A DNA stretch of 64,000 nucleotides from Candidatus Micrarchaeota archaeon (GTDB taxonomy: Archaea; Micrarchaeota; Micrarchaeia; Micrarchaeales; Micrarchaeaceae), in contig JAJYUY010000001.1 in assembly GCA_021792295.1 (NCBI GenBank), positions 6,409 through 70,408 of the forward strand, given 5' to 3'. Both the position numbers and the translations under genes were made by a program. The notes beneath the pieces are model-generated. The model had not been told where the DNA came from and did no database searches. It was given only the letters and a program-made list of their open reading frames with translations. This document shows, in pieces, positions 44,936 through 53,824 of the stretch; the stretch's first letter is position 1; every line of letters begins with the position of its first letter.

Positions 44936-45009
44936 CGCCCTTGCCGGGATTTGAACCCGGATCACAGGCTCCGGAAGCCCGTGTTCTATCCAAGTTATAC
45001 TACAAGGGC
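44936..45009 (-). tRNA. tRNA-Arg (CCG)
   Basis: Reverse complement: GCCCTTG TA GTAT AACTTGGATA GAAC A CGGGC TTCCGGA GCCTG TGAT CCGGG TTCAAAT CCCGG CAAGGGC G. Confidence 0.9.
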
Positions 45010-45012
45010 ACA

Positions 45013-45750
45013 TTACACTCTAACATGATCGATTCCGAGCTCATCCAGCCTCTTTATTATCTCGCTTCTCTGCGACGACTTTAGGCTCTTCCACTCTATC
45101 AACGCCCTCTCTGCAACCGGTTTTGACCTACCGACCGCCGCGCCCAGCATGTCAACATTGGCGCAGTGGTATTTAGGCATCATGTGCGCCATCGCGTATT
45201 TCGATTCGAGCGCTCTCGCTGTGAACCTTCTCGGGTAGTGACCGGAGCCTATCCCTATTACAACCTCTCCTGCCTCTTCCGGCGCACCGAGCGCACAGAC
45301 CAACGCCTCTGCAGCTATGGGATACGCACCCGCATCTATCGATTCAGGGCCCCCTGCCTCAACAAAGAGCGAAGGAATCTCAGTGGTCGGACCGTGGTGG
45401 GTAGCCTCGTATGTTACCTCGAACCCGGTCGTATTGGCCTTATTCAGGTGCCTGAGCACGTTGGCCATCAGATATGGCGCTGCGACGCTAAGGGTCTTTG
45501 GCTCACCCCCGTAATCCGCATCATCGGACCAGTTGCCTGTTGCATGCACGGTGAACGCCTCGACCCCATCGGCGCTCTTATGCCGGCTCAGGAATATTAT
45601 CGCATCGGCCTCAAAACCCCTGACCTCTTCTCCTGTATTAATGATCCTCTTGTTGAGGTTGGCAAGTACCACATCATCGTTAGATAGCACATCCACGCCA
45701 TTGACGGTCGCCTCACTAAGTTCGAGCCTTTTGGCTACCTCGATTCCCAA
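45013..45750 (-). CDS. dtdA: D-aminoacyl-tRNA deacylase, archaeal type (DTD2)
   Basis: ...IIFLSRHKSADGVEAFTVHATGNW...YEATHHGP...PSLFVEAGG...IGIGSGHYP. The ORF-track start is TTG 45750, but conserved N-terminal residues (YLYLIAYDGSDPISNG) are encoded in frame upstream. See findings. Confidence 0.8.
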   Translation of the reverse strand: MGIEVAKRLELSEATVNGVDVLSNDDVVLANLNKRIINTGEEVRGFEADAIIFLSRHKSADGVEAFTVHATGNWSDDADYGGEPKTLSVAAPYLMANVLRHLNKANTTGFEVTYEATHHGPTTEIPSLFVEAGGPESIDAGAYPIAAEALVCALGAPEEAGEVVIGIGSGHYPRRFTARALESKYAMAHMMPKYHCANVDMLGAAVGRSKPVAERALIEWKSLKSSQRSEIIKRLDELGIDHVRV

Positions 45751-45867
45751 CCCATTCGATATGGGATCCGAACCATCATAAGCTATAAGATACAGGTACT
45801 CATCTCTACGTTAAACAGCAATATTAATGCCTTTTGTCTATAATACTATTGCATAATCGGTTTTTTC

Positions 45868-47343
45868 ATGAACATGGAAGAAATGGTAGCGTTCACAAAA
45901 GGCAAGGGCTTCTTCTGGCCCAGCGCCGAGATATACGGGGGCTATGCCGGCATGTACGACTACGGGCACCTCGGCGCGCTCCTGAAGCGCAGGTTTGAGA
46001 ACGCGTGGGTATCGTATTTCGTCGACGGAAGCAGCGACTATTACCTGATCGACGGTTCAAACGTTTTGCCGGAGCGCCCGCTTGTGGCATCGGGCCACGC
46101 CGCAAGGTTCAACGACACGCTTGTTGGCTGCTCGAAGTGCCACACCTATTACAGGGTGGACGTGCTGCTCGCGGAGCATGGGGTCAAGTCGCCTGAGGTG
46201 GCGAAGCCGGAAGAATTCGACGATCTTGTGAAAAAGAACAACGTAAAGTGCCCAAAATGCAAAGGCGCTCTTCTACCCTCCAAAGATTTCAACATGATGA
46301 TTGACGTGAATCTTGGCCCGGAGAAGACCGACAAGGGCTATCTGCGCCCAGAGACCGCTCAAACAACGTATCTCAACTTCTTTAGGGAGTTCAACGCGCT
46401 CCGCAAGAGTCTGCCTATGGGGCTTGCGCTTATCGGCAGGGCCTATAGAAACGAGATATCACCCCGGCAGGGACTGTACAGGCTGAGGGAGCTAACGCAG
46501 TCAGAGCTCCAGATATTCTTCGACCCAGACAGCTTCAAGGTGCCATTCGACTCCCTAAAGGGCACAGAGATGAATGTCGTGCCGTTCAAGACAAAGAAGC
46601 AGGAGCGAACGACCGCTGAGAGGATGGTCAAGGAATACAACATCCCTGAGTTCTACGTATACCACATGGCTTTAATATCTGAATTCTACAGGAAAGTCAT
46701 CGGCATGCCCGAGGATAAGATCCGCTTCCTCGAAAAGGGCGGCGACGAGAAGGCATTCTACAACCGCCTCCACATGGACATCGAGGTTGACGTGGAAAGC
46801 TGGGGCGGGTTCAGGGAGGTTGGCGGACTTCACTACAGGGGCGACTACGACCTTACCTGCCACACAAAGGGCTCGAACCAGGATCTTGCCGTCACAGTAA
46901 ACGGCAAGAAGGTCATACCTCACGTACTCGAACTGAGCTTTGGGGTCGACAGAAACGTATGGATGATGGTCGATGTATTCTACAAAACCGACGGTGAGCG
47001 CAAGGTTCTCGGGCTGCGGCCATGGCTCGCCCCATTCAGTGCTGCCGTGCTACCTCTGCAGAAGGACGACGCGATAATCGCGGAAGCGGAAAGGATCCAT
47101 AAGGCGCTTAGGCCGCACATGAAGACCTTTGCCGACCAATCCGGTTCAATCGGCAGGAGGTACGCAAGGATGGACGAGATCGGGACCCCATTCTGCATAA
47201 CGGTCGATTTTGAGAGCGTAGACAATGGATCGAAGAACTTTGGGACGGTGACCATAAGGGACCGGGACACGAAGGGACAGGAACGCGTTAAGATAGGGAA
47301 CCTCGCGGATATTCTAGTACCTAAGGCAAGGTTCAGCGCTTAG
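45868..47343 (+). CDS. glyS: glycine--tRNA ligase (alpha2 type)
   Basis: GFFWPSAEIYGGYAGMYDYGHLG, LRPETAQ, YRNEISPRQGLYRLRELTQSE, GVDRNVW, and the C-terminal anticodon-binding domain. Confidence 0.9.
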   Translation: MNMEEMVAFTKGKGFFWPSAEIYGGYAGMYDYGHLGALLKRRFENAWVSYFVDGSSDYYLIDGSNVLPERPLVASGHAARFNDTLVGCSKCHTYYRVDVLLAEHGVKSPEVAKPEEFDDLVKKNNVKCPKCKGALLPSKDFNMMIDVNLGPEKTDKGYLRPETAQTTYLNFFREFNALRKSLPMGLALIGRAYRNEISPRQGLYRLRELTQSELQIFFDPDSFKVPFDSLKGTEMNVVPFKTKKQERTTAERMVKEYNIPEFYVYHMALISEFYRKVIGMPEDKIRFLEKGGDEKAFYNRLHMDIEVDVESWGGFREVGGLHYRGDYDLTCHTKGSNQDLAVTVNGKKVIPHVLELSFGVDRNVWMMVDVFYKTDGERKVLGLRPWLAPFSAAVLPLQKDDAIIAEAERIHKALRPHMKTFADQSGSIGRRYARMDEIGTPFCITVDFESVDNGSKNFGTVTIRDRDTKGQERVKIGNLADILVPKARFSA

Positions 47344-47352
47344 GCTTTTGGG

Positions 47353-48276
47353 TTGACTATGAAACGGATAACCGCCAACGGCGGCATGCGGGTGAAGGAT
47401 TTCAGCATAAAGCACACTTTCGAGAGTGCGCAGCCCCTTACATTTCATGCCGATTACAACGAAAGGGAGGGCACGCTCTCGTACGTGAACTACGACAGCC
47501 TGATAAGGGCGAGATTCTCAGACGGCGCCGCCGCCTGCAGAATATCTGTAGATCCTGAAAACAGCACAAAAATCGAGCGCGAGCTTGCGAGCAGGTTCAG
47601 GCTTGGCGACAACATGGACAGGATATACCAGAACATATCAACCGACAGCTTCATGGAAAGCGCGATACGGCAGTATCGCGGCATGAGAATAACCCTGAAC
47701 GATCCATGGGAGACTACCCTATGCTTCATACTCTCCCAATACAACAACGTGAAGCGCATACGGCTCATAGTGCAAAGGTTTATCGCAGAGTTCGGACCCG
47801 AAATAAGGGATGGGGATGGGATAGCAATCGCAAAGGGATTCCCGACCAGCGAGCGCCTCACTGAATACAGCGAGGCAGAATTCAGGAAGGCGGGCGCTGG
47901 ATTCAGGGCCAGGTATGTCGCCAATGCGGCAGACTTCTGCACAAACAACCTCAATCTGCACAAGTTGCGAGGCAAGCGATACCCGGATCTCAAGGAGGCG
48001 CTGATGGAGATAAGCGGGGTTGGGGACAAGGTCGCGGACTGCATAGCGCTGATGGGTTACGGCAGCATGGAGGCATTCCCGATAGACGTGTGGGTTAAGA
48101 GGACGCTGGAACAGCTCTACTTCAACAGCAGGGAGAAAAGCGTAAAAGAGCTGCACAGGTTCGCGGAGGAGAGATGGGGAGATTACATGGGCTACGCCCA
48201 GCAGTACCTGTTCCACAGCTCAAGGGACAACAACCTTACAGTTATCGAGAGCAACAGTATCGGTGCATCCGGATGA
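47353..48276 (+). CDS. ogg: 8-oxoguanine DNA glycosylase / AP lyase (HhH-GPD)
   Basis: ISGVGDKVADCIALMGYG..EAFPIDVWVKR. 307 aa. Confidence 0.8.
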   Translation: MTMKRITANGGMRVKDFSIKHTFESAQPLTFHADYNEREGTLSYVNYDSLIRARFSDGAAACRISVDPENSTKIERELASRFRLGDNMDRIYQNISTDSFMESAIRQYRGMRITLNDPWETTLCFILSQYNNVKRIRLIVQRFIAEFGPEIRDGDGIAIAKGFPTSERLTEYSEAEFRKAGAGFRARYVANAADFCTNNLNLHKLRGKRYPDLKEALMEISGVGDKVADCIALMGYGSMEAFPIDVWVKRTLEQLYFNSREKSVKELHRFAEERWGDYMGYAQQYLFHSSRDNNLTVIESNSIGASG

Positions 48277-48875
48277 GCGGCTTGAAGGGCGACATAGACG
48301 GAATATCAAACCATCTGGCTTCGAAGCAGAGGAGGTTCGACGAGGCGGCGGATCTCTCCAGGGCGCTGATAAGGAGCGCGGGCCTCGCAATAACGCTACT
48401 GCACAACGGCGAGGTAAAAAAAGCCGAGAAGGAGCTTGCCAAGGCTGGCAGGCTATCCGCGCAGCTGGCAAAGTACACCGGCGAGTTCGAGTACCACACG
48501 AAGCAGGCGCATCAGGAATATGCGGAGGCGAGGATTTTCTACGGGATAAAGCAGGAGAAGCGCATACCATCTGTGCGGGAGGCCGGCGTGGACTATGAGC
48601 CTTACCTGATGGGCATGATGGACACGGTCGGCGAGCTGAAGCGCGAGCTGATCGGCGCGCTGACGAACGACGACCAGAAGGGGGCTCGCTACTACTACGA
48701 CCGGATGGTGGAGATATTCGACTCGACCAGAAGCATAAGGTTCGCAGAGGCGGTGCTGCAGGGGTTTAGGCGCAAGCAGGACGTGGCGAGAATACAGATA
48801 GAGAGCTCGGCATCGGAGATGCTGCACACACGGCAACCATCCCGTACTGGAACTTCGCACCCTAAATCAGATTAA
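48273..48875 (+). CDS. translin-family protein
   Basis: ATG 48273 overlaps the ogg stop (ATGA). Helical protein with ...YLMGMMDTVGELKRELI... and ...FRRKQDVARIQIE. Confidence 0.65.
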   Translation: MSGLKGDIDGISNHLASKQRRFDEAADLSRALIRSAGLAITLLHNGEVKKAEKELAKAGRLSAQLAKYTGEFEYHTKQAHQEYAEARIFYGIKQEKRIPSVREAGVDYEPYLMGMMDTVGELKRELIGALTNDDQKGARYYYDRMVEIFDSTRSIRFAEAVLQGFRRKQDVARIQIESSASEMLHTRQPSRTGTSHPKSD

Positions 48876-48909
48876 GCGGCCGGTATTGTCCGTGGCCGGG
48901 CCGCCGCTT
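48874..48909. terminator. GC-rich hairpin at the translin stop codon
   Basis: AAGCGGC (48874-48880) pairs with GCCGCTT (48903-48909). The alternative register GCGGCCGG/CCGG(G)CCGC gives 8 bp with one bulge and a 12-nt loop. Confidence 0.3.
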
Positions 48910-49476
48910 CTGCTTATCAGGGGCGTGCCCCTCTTTGGCCGTATGTGCGTAAGCAATGCGCCAACCGCAAAGAAGACTATCCCGAGCACGACGAAAATTT
49001 ATGGCCCGACATTTCCTGCGCTTGACTGGAGTTCGGCAACGCATGAGTATTGGAATTCAAATAACTATCCCGTAGATGGGATTTTACCAAAGAATAGTCT
49101 GCCTCCAAACGTCTCAAGTCCATCAAGTTTGTTTACCCAATACATAGCTAATCCTTCAGCAGCTATAGCGCAGGCCTATTTGACCCCTTCGCAGAATGCT
49201 GGTGCGACTGCATTTTCCCCACCATCCATCGCAGGGAGTAGTACACCGTTAGCGCTAACCACACCAGGAACGGCAGGGCAGTATAATGCGCAATTTGCAG
49301 GGCTTCCGCTTGCGTCATCCAATGTAGGAATAGGAACGGCAGCAGCGCTACCAAGCTCAACACAATATACAAATACAACTCAAGCTTCTTCATCTGGGGT
49401 TACACCTGAACAATATTTAGGTTATCTCGCCTCCACCGCAGCAAACCTCGCGGCGACTCTTGGCTCAGTAGGATAA
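48886..49476 (+). CDS. possible low-complexity Ser/Thr/Ala/Pro/Asn/Gln-rich protein
   Basis: 196-aa ORF with almost no charged residues. Its codon choice (gca, aca, cca, tca, tta, caa) differs by eye from neighbouring core genes. No clear signal peptide or start. Confidence 0.3.
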   Translation: MSVAGPPLLLIRGVPLFGRMCVSNAPTAKKTIPSTTKIYGPTFPALDWSSATHEYWNSNNYPVDGILPKNSLPPNVSSPSSLFTQYIANPSAAIAQAYLTPSQNAGATAFSPPSIAGSSTPLALTTPGTAGQYNAQFAGLPLASSNVGIGTAAALPSSTQYTNTTQASSSGVTPEQYLGYLASTAANLAATLGSVG

Positions 49477-49748
49477 TCTGCATACTCGCCAGCGAGGAGG
49501 ACAACAGGGTGCGGGTATTCCGAGAGGGAGTATGCATGCTGGACATGAACGTGCAGACCACACTGCCGCCATTGTCCACGATGCTCTTCACGCCCCCCCA
49601 GCAACGCAACTTTCTCCCCAAGTATCTTATTAAACCCTTCATCATACAAGGTCACCGCGGTGCCCATTATGTTCGGCTCAATGACATACACGTCTCTTTT
49701 GATTGCATCCAATTCCGTGCCATCGCCACCCATCACATCACCTGCCAT
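49400..49748 (-). pseudogene. possible MTH1187/YkoF-like (DUF77) small protein with a frame break at a C7/G7 run
   Basis: ATG 49748 overlaps the aminotransferase stop by 11 nt. MAGDVMGGDGTELDAIKRDVYVIEPNIMGTAVTLYDEGFNKILGEKVALLGG runs up to ccccccc (49603-49609). The neighbouring frame continues VKSIVDNGGSVVCTFMSSMHTPSR..., which fits the remembered family better than the in-frame continuation. Confidence 0.3.
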
Positions 49749-51045
49749 CCTTTATCGCAGCATCCAGTATGTCGAGTCCGCGCTCCAGCGATCCCCTTGA
49801 TATGGTGAGCGGTGGTATGACCCTTATCGATGAGTCCCCGCAGCCTAGCAGCAGCAGGCCATTGTCCAGCGCCCTCTTCACAACCCTATCCCTAAGCTCC
49901 GGCGCCGGCTCCTTGCTTCCCTTGTCCCTTACCAGTTCTATGGCAAGCATCAACCCTATGCCTCTGGCATCCCCGACAATCTCGTAGCTGTCGCGCATCT
50001 CCAACAGTCTCTTCATCGCCAGCCGGCCCTTCTCCTTCACCTCCCTTTCTATCTTATGGCTGTTCCTTGTCACGTGCTTAAGCTGCTCGTACGCACCGGC
50101 GACAGCCGCCAGGTTGCCCCCGAACGTGCCCGAGTGCTTCCCCTGCGGCATGCTGCTCAGTCGGTTGTTCGCTATCGTCGCAGCCATCGGAAGGCCCGCG
50201 CCGATCGATTTCGCCATCGTGTATATGTCTGCCCTCACCCCGAAATTATCGAGCGCAAGGAACTTGCCTGTTCGCATGTAGCCCGCCTGCACCTCGTCCG
50301 ACACGAGAACTATGTTGTTCTCGTCTGCCAGTTCCCTTATCCCCCTCACGAAGCTCTTCGGAGGCACTATGTATCCTCCCTCTCCCTGTATCGGCTCCAT
50401 GAATATCGCGGCTATCTCACCCGCCGCTGCCTCCCTCTTGAGTATGTGCTCTCTTATGTATTCGACGTGCTCACGCCCGCACTCCTCCTCATTGTCGGTG
50501 CCGAAGGCGCACCGATAGGGGTTCGGATACGGCGCGTGGATGACCTCGGAGAACGGCCCAAGGTATGCGCGCTGCACGTTCCTCGACGCTGTCAGCGAGA
50601 GCGAGCCGAGGCTCCTGCCGTGGAACGCGCCATAGAACGATATCAGGTAATGCTTTCGCGTATTGTACCTCGCTATCTTTATCGCGTCCTCGTTCGCCTC
50701 CGTCCCAGAGTTCGACAGGAAGACCTTGCCGAACCCGTTTGGGAATTGCCTTATGAGCAGCTCGGCGAAGCTGACCGGCAGCTCTGAATAGTAATCCATG
50801 AATGCCGCGTGCATCATCTTGTCTACTTGCGCCTTTATCGCATTCCTCACCGCCTTTGACGAGTTGACGCCGAAATTGTACACGCTTATGAAGCTGGTGA
50901 AGTCGAGCACCTTGTTGCCGTCGATGTCATAGGCAAACTCCCCCTCTCCATGGTCGACGACGAAGCTGGCTGCCTCCCTCGTGGTGGTCATGAAGACCCT
51001 CCTGTCCCTCCTTATGACCTCTTCAGACCTTGTGCGTTTTCGCAT
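49738..51045 (-). CDS. class-III pyridoxal-phosphate aminotransferase (GabT/ArgD-like)
   Basis: DGNKVLDF, LSNSGTEANEDAIK, FHGRS, LVSDEVQAGYMRTGKF, TMAKSIGAGLP (Lys), GTFGGN. Confidence 0.85.
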   Translation of the reverse strand: MRKRTRSEEVIRRDRRVFMTTTREAASFVVDHGEGEFAYDIDGNKVLDFTSFISVYNFGVNSSKAVRNAIKAQVDKMMHAAFMDYYSELPVSFAELLIRQFPNGFGKVFLSNSGTEANEDAIKIARYNTRKHYLISFYGAFHGRSLGSLSLTASRNVQRAYLGPFSEVIHAPYPNPYRCAFGTDNEEECGREHVEYIREHILKREAAAGEIAAIFMEPIQGEGGYIVPPKSFVRGIRELADENNIVLVSDEVQAGYMRTGKFLALDNFGVRADIYTMAKSIGAGLPMAATIANNRLSSMPQGKHSGTFGGNLAAVAGAYEQLKHVTRNSHKIEREVKEKGRLAMKRLLEMRDSYEIVGDARGIGLMLAIELVRDKGSKEPAPELRDRVVKRALDNGLLLLGCGDSSIRVIPPLTISRGSLERGLDILDAAIKDGR

Positions 51046-52423
51046 ACCTATACCTTGAATACCTTATCAGCGCAGCGAGCGATTCGGCTGCGTCGCCAGG
51101 GCTCTCGTAGACAGGAACTCCCCCGCTCTCTATCATGCTCTTGTGCGTCTTGGTGTAGCTGCCGCCCATGCTCACGACAACCATCGGCTTGCTCATGCTG
51201 GTGCCGTAATGTATGAGCGTGGCGGCGACCCTGGAATCGGCGCCAGGGGTCTGGAACAGCGCTATCGCCATTATCGCGTCCACGTTCTTGTCATTGCCTA
51301 TCGCATCCAGCGCAGCAGCAAAGCGTTTGTCATCAGCATCCCCTGCCATGTCAAGCGGTAGCCGCACATTCACTATTGGTGGCATCGCCTTCCTGAGAAC
51401 CCTTTTGGTGTTCTCTGAAAGCTTCGCCAGCTCAAGTCCGTTCTCGTAGAGCGCGTCCGTCGCCAAAACCCCTGTCCCTCCCCCATTCGTTATTATTGCG
51501 ATCCTGTCGCCTCTCGCTAGCGGCTGCGTCTCGAATATCTTGGAGAAGTTGAAGAGGTCCTTCAGGTCCTTTGCCTCGGTGAAGCCGAACTGCCTGAAGA
51601 CAGCCTCATAGGCCTGCGTGCTGCCGGCAAGCGAGGCCGTATGCGAATGCGCTGCCTCGGATCCAGCCTCGCTCATGCCCCCCTTAAGTATTATGACCGG
51701 CTTCCTGATCGTGGCCCGTTTTGCGACCTCTATGAACTCCCTACCCCGCTTAACCCCCTCAATATAGAACACTACGACCCGCGTCTCCCTGTCCTTGCAG
51801 AGGAAGTTGAGTATGTCCACCTCGTCGACAACGGCCGCGTTTCCGTATGATATGAACCTTGAAAGCCCGAAGCTCTCGCTGTTTATCATGTCCAGCACGC
51901 TGCTCCCGACCGCCCCGCTCTGCGAGGCGAAGCTTACGCCACCGACAGACGGTTTGTCTATCTTGAACGACGGCAGGAACAGCGTGTCAAGCCTTGTGCG
52001 CGGGTCCGTGATGCCAAGGCAGTTGGGCCCTATGACAGGCATCGAGTAACGCAGCGCGATCGCGGTCAACTCGTCCTGAAGCCCTGTCTCCCCGACTTCG
52101 GCGAAGCCCCCGCTCACGACGATCGCGCCCTTCACCCCCGCCCTCCCGCACTCCCTCATAACCCCCGGCACCGCCGCCGCCGGCACCGCGATTATCGCAA
52201 GGTCTACCGGTCTCTTTATGTCGAGAACGCTCCTGTACGCCTTCAGCCCCATTATGGCCCCGCTCGCGTTTATGTTGACCGGGTATATCCTGCCGTCGAA
52301 TCCAGAATCGATGTTGTTCTTCAGTATGACATGCCCGACCTTCTCCGGGTTCTGCGATGCCCCTATGACCGCTATCGATCTGGGGTTCACCAGCCTCTCT
52401 AGGTTCATGTACCTCTGCCTCAC
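51023..52423 (-). CDS. acdA: ADP-forming acetyl-CoA synthetase, alpha subunit
   Basis: PRSIAVIGASQNPEKVGHVILKN, GPNCLGI, SQSGAVGS. Has the His-loop region. Confidence 0.85.
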   Translation of the reverse strand: MRQRYMNLERLVNPRSIAVIGASQNPEKVGHVILKNNIDSGFDGRIYPVNINASGAIMGLKAYRSVLDIKRPVDLAIIAVPAAAVPGVMRECGRAGVKGAIVVSGGFAEVGETGLQDELTAIALRYSMPVIGPNCLGITDPRTRLDTLFLPSFKIDKPSVGGVSFASQSGAVGSSVLDMINSESFGLSRFISYGNAAVVDEVDILNFLCKDRETRVVVFYIEGVKRGREFIEVAKRATIRKPVIILKGGMSEAGSEAAHSHTASLAGSTQAYEAVFRQFGFTEAKDLKDLFNFSKIFETQPLARGDRIAIITNGGGTGVLATDALYENGLELAKLSENTKRVLRKAMPPIVNVRLPLDMAGDADDKRFAAALDAIGNDKNVDAIMAIALFQTPGADSRVAATLIHYGTSMSKPMVVVSMGGSYTKTHKSMIESGGVPVYESPGDAAESLAALIRYSRYRYAKTHKV

Positions 52424-53037
52424 GTTATCACCCTAAGGTCGACGGCGTCGTACGTGCCGTTATGTAGTATTACCGGGTTGAGGTCAAGCTCGCTTATCTT
52501 GTTGTCGCTGTAAAGCCGCGACACTCTCACTATCAGGTTCGCGATCATGACAACCGCCCTCCTGTTTGGTGCAACGACAGCCCTTGATCTCAGCTCCATA
52601 ACCATCGACTCGGCCTCCGCCCTGCCAACAGGGCAGACCCTGACGCTGAAGTCCCTGAAGGCCTCGACGTAGACGCCACCAAGGCCCAGCAACACCAGCT
52701 TTCCGAACTGGCTGTCGGTCTTGCCCCCCACTATTATCTCAATGCCCCCCTCCCCTGCCATCCTCTGCGCAAGGATCCTGAATGGGCGGTACCTTGCGGC
52801 CCTCTTGGCCAGTGCATCATATGCAAGGCGTATCTCGCGCTCCCCGTCAAGGTCGGCCATCACCAGGCCGCTCTTTGACTTGTGCAAGGCACTCCTGGAT
52901 ATCGCCTTAAGGACTATCCTTTTGCCGTTGGCGAACCGGACCGCGTCATGGGCAGATTCGGCGTAGGCGCTCCTTACGCTCCGTATCCCGTATCTCCTGA
53001 GCAGCGCCTCTGCCTTGAAATAATCCATCAGGCTCAT
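52420..53037 (-). CDS. acdB: ADP-forming acetyl-CoA synthetase, beta (ATP-grasp) subunit
   Basis: EALLRRYGI...HKSKSGLV...LLGLGGVYVEAFRD...ELDLNPV. 4-nt overlap with acdA. Confidence 0.8.
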   Translation of the reverse strand: MSLMDYFKAEALLRRYGIRSVRSAYAESAHDAVRFANGKRIVLKAISRSALHKSKSGLVMADLDGEREIRLAYDALAKRAARYRPFRILAQRMAGEGGIEIIVGGKTDSQFGKLVLLGLGGVYVEAFRDFSVRVCPVGRAEAESMVMELRSRAVVAPNRRAVVMIANLIVRVSRLYSDNKISELDLNPVILHNGTYDAVDLRVIT

Positions 53038-53714
53038 AAGAACCCACCCTTGTACAGAAACAGCACAACAACGATAGCCACGACAATCACCAGCGCAACG
53101 ACCGCCTTCCTGCGCTTCCTCTTCGCCATCATTATCCTCGCCTCGAGCTCCTTCAGCTCTCCATCGCTCCCGTTCTGGTGCTGCGCCTGCGCTGCCTGCT
53201 GCGCGTCCGGCGATGCGGCAGCCGGCGCCGCAGCCTGCTCGAATCCCTTGACCGCTATGAACCCCTTCTCTGTGAGATACATGTTCATGTTCCCGTTAAC
53301 CAGCTCGTACGAGATGTACTGCTGCGCGCTCACCTTGAACAGGTGCATCGCCAGGTCGCGCTGCGCAACATTGACCGCGCCGCCCAAATCAATCAGCGAC
53401 CTTCGCCCCCTTGAGAGCTGCGCAAGCAGCGCCATATCCAGTGCGTCTACCGGCTCTATCGCCTTGCCCTCTGCCTCTGCTATCGTCTTGCTGCCGAGGT
53501 CGGTGAGCTTCAGCGTGCTCTGGCTGGGGAACGCGGTGACAAAGTCGACCAGCCCCTTCTGCTTCAGCCCGGCGAGTATGTTCGATGCGTCGAAAAACGA
53601 GGAGTTTATCGTGGAACCAAACCTCTCTACGGTCGATTCCGGCTTTATTCTTGTGAGCGCTACAAGCTCTATGAAACTTATTTGGGGGTCGTCCATCATA
53701 TCGTTCCTATACAC
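53034..53714 (-). CDS. hypothetical protein, two winged-helix-like repeats plus C-terminal TM anchor
   Basis: 226 aa. Ala/Gln-rich linker and a terminal AVVALVIVVAIVVVLFLY. The long + strand ORF 52882-53784 has junk composition. Confidence 0.55.
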   Translation of the reverse strand: MYRNDMMDDPQISFIELVALTRIKPESTVERFGSTINSSFFDASNILAGLKQKGLVDFVTAFPSQSTLKLTDLGSKTIAEAEGKAIEPVDALDMALLAQLSRGRRSLIDLGGAVNVAQRDLAMHLFKVSAQQYISYELVNGNMNMYLTEKGFIAVKGFEQAAAPAAASPDAQQAAQAQHQNGSDGELKELEARIMMAKRKRRKAVVALVIVVAIVVVLFLYKGGFL

Positions 53715-53824
53715 GCAGCAAATCTATTTATGGGTTGCCAGCATCGCCATACCTGCCCAATCGCGCGCTGCCAAAGGCTTTTAGCGTATTGGAATACAAT
53801 ACTACCGGAACTACTCTGTTGGTC

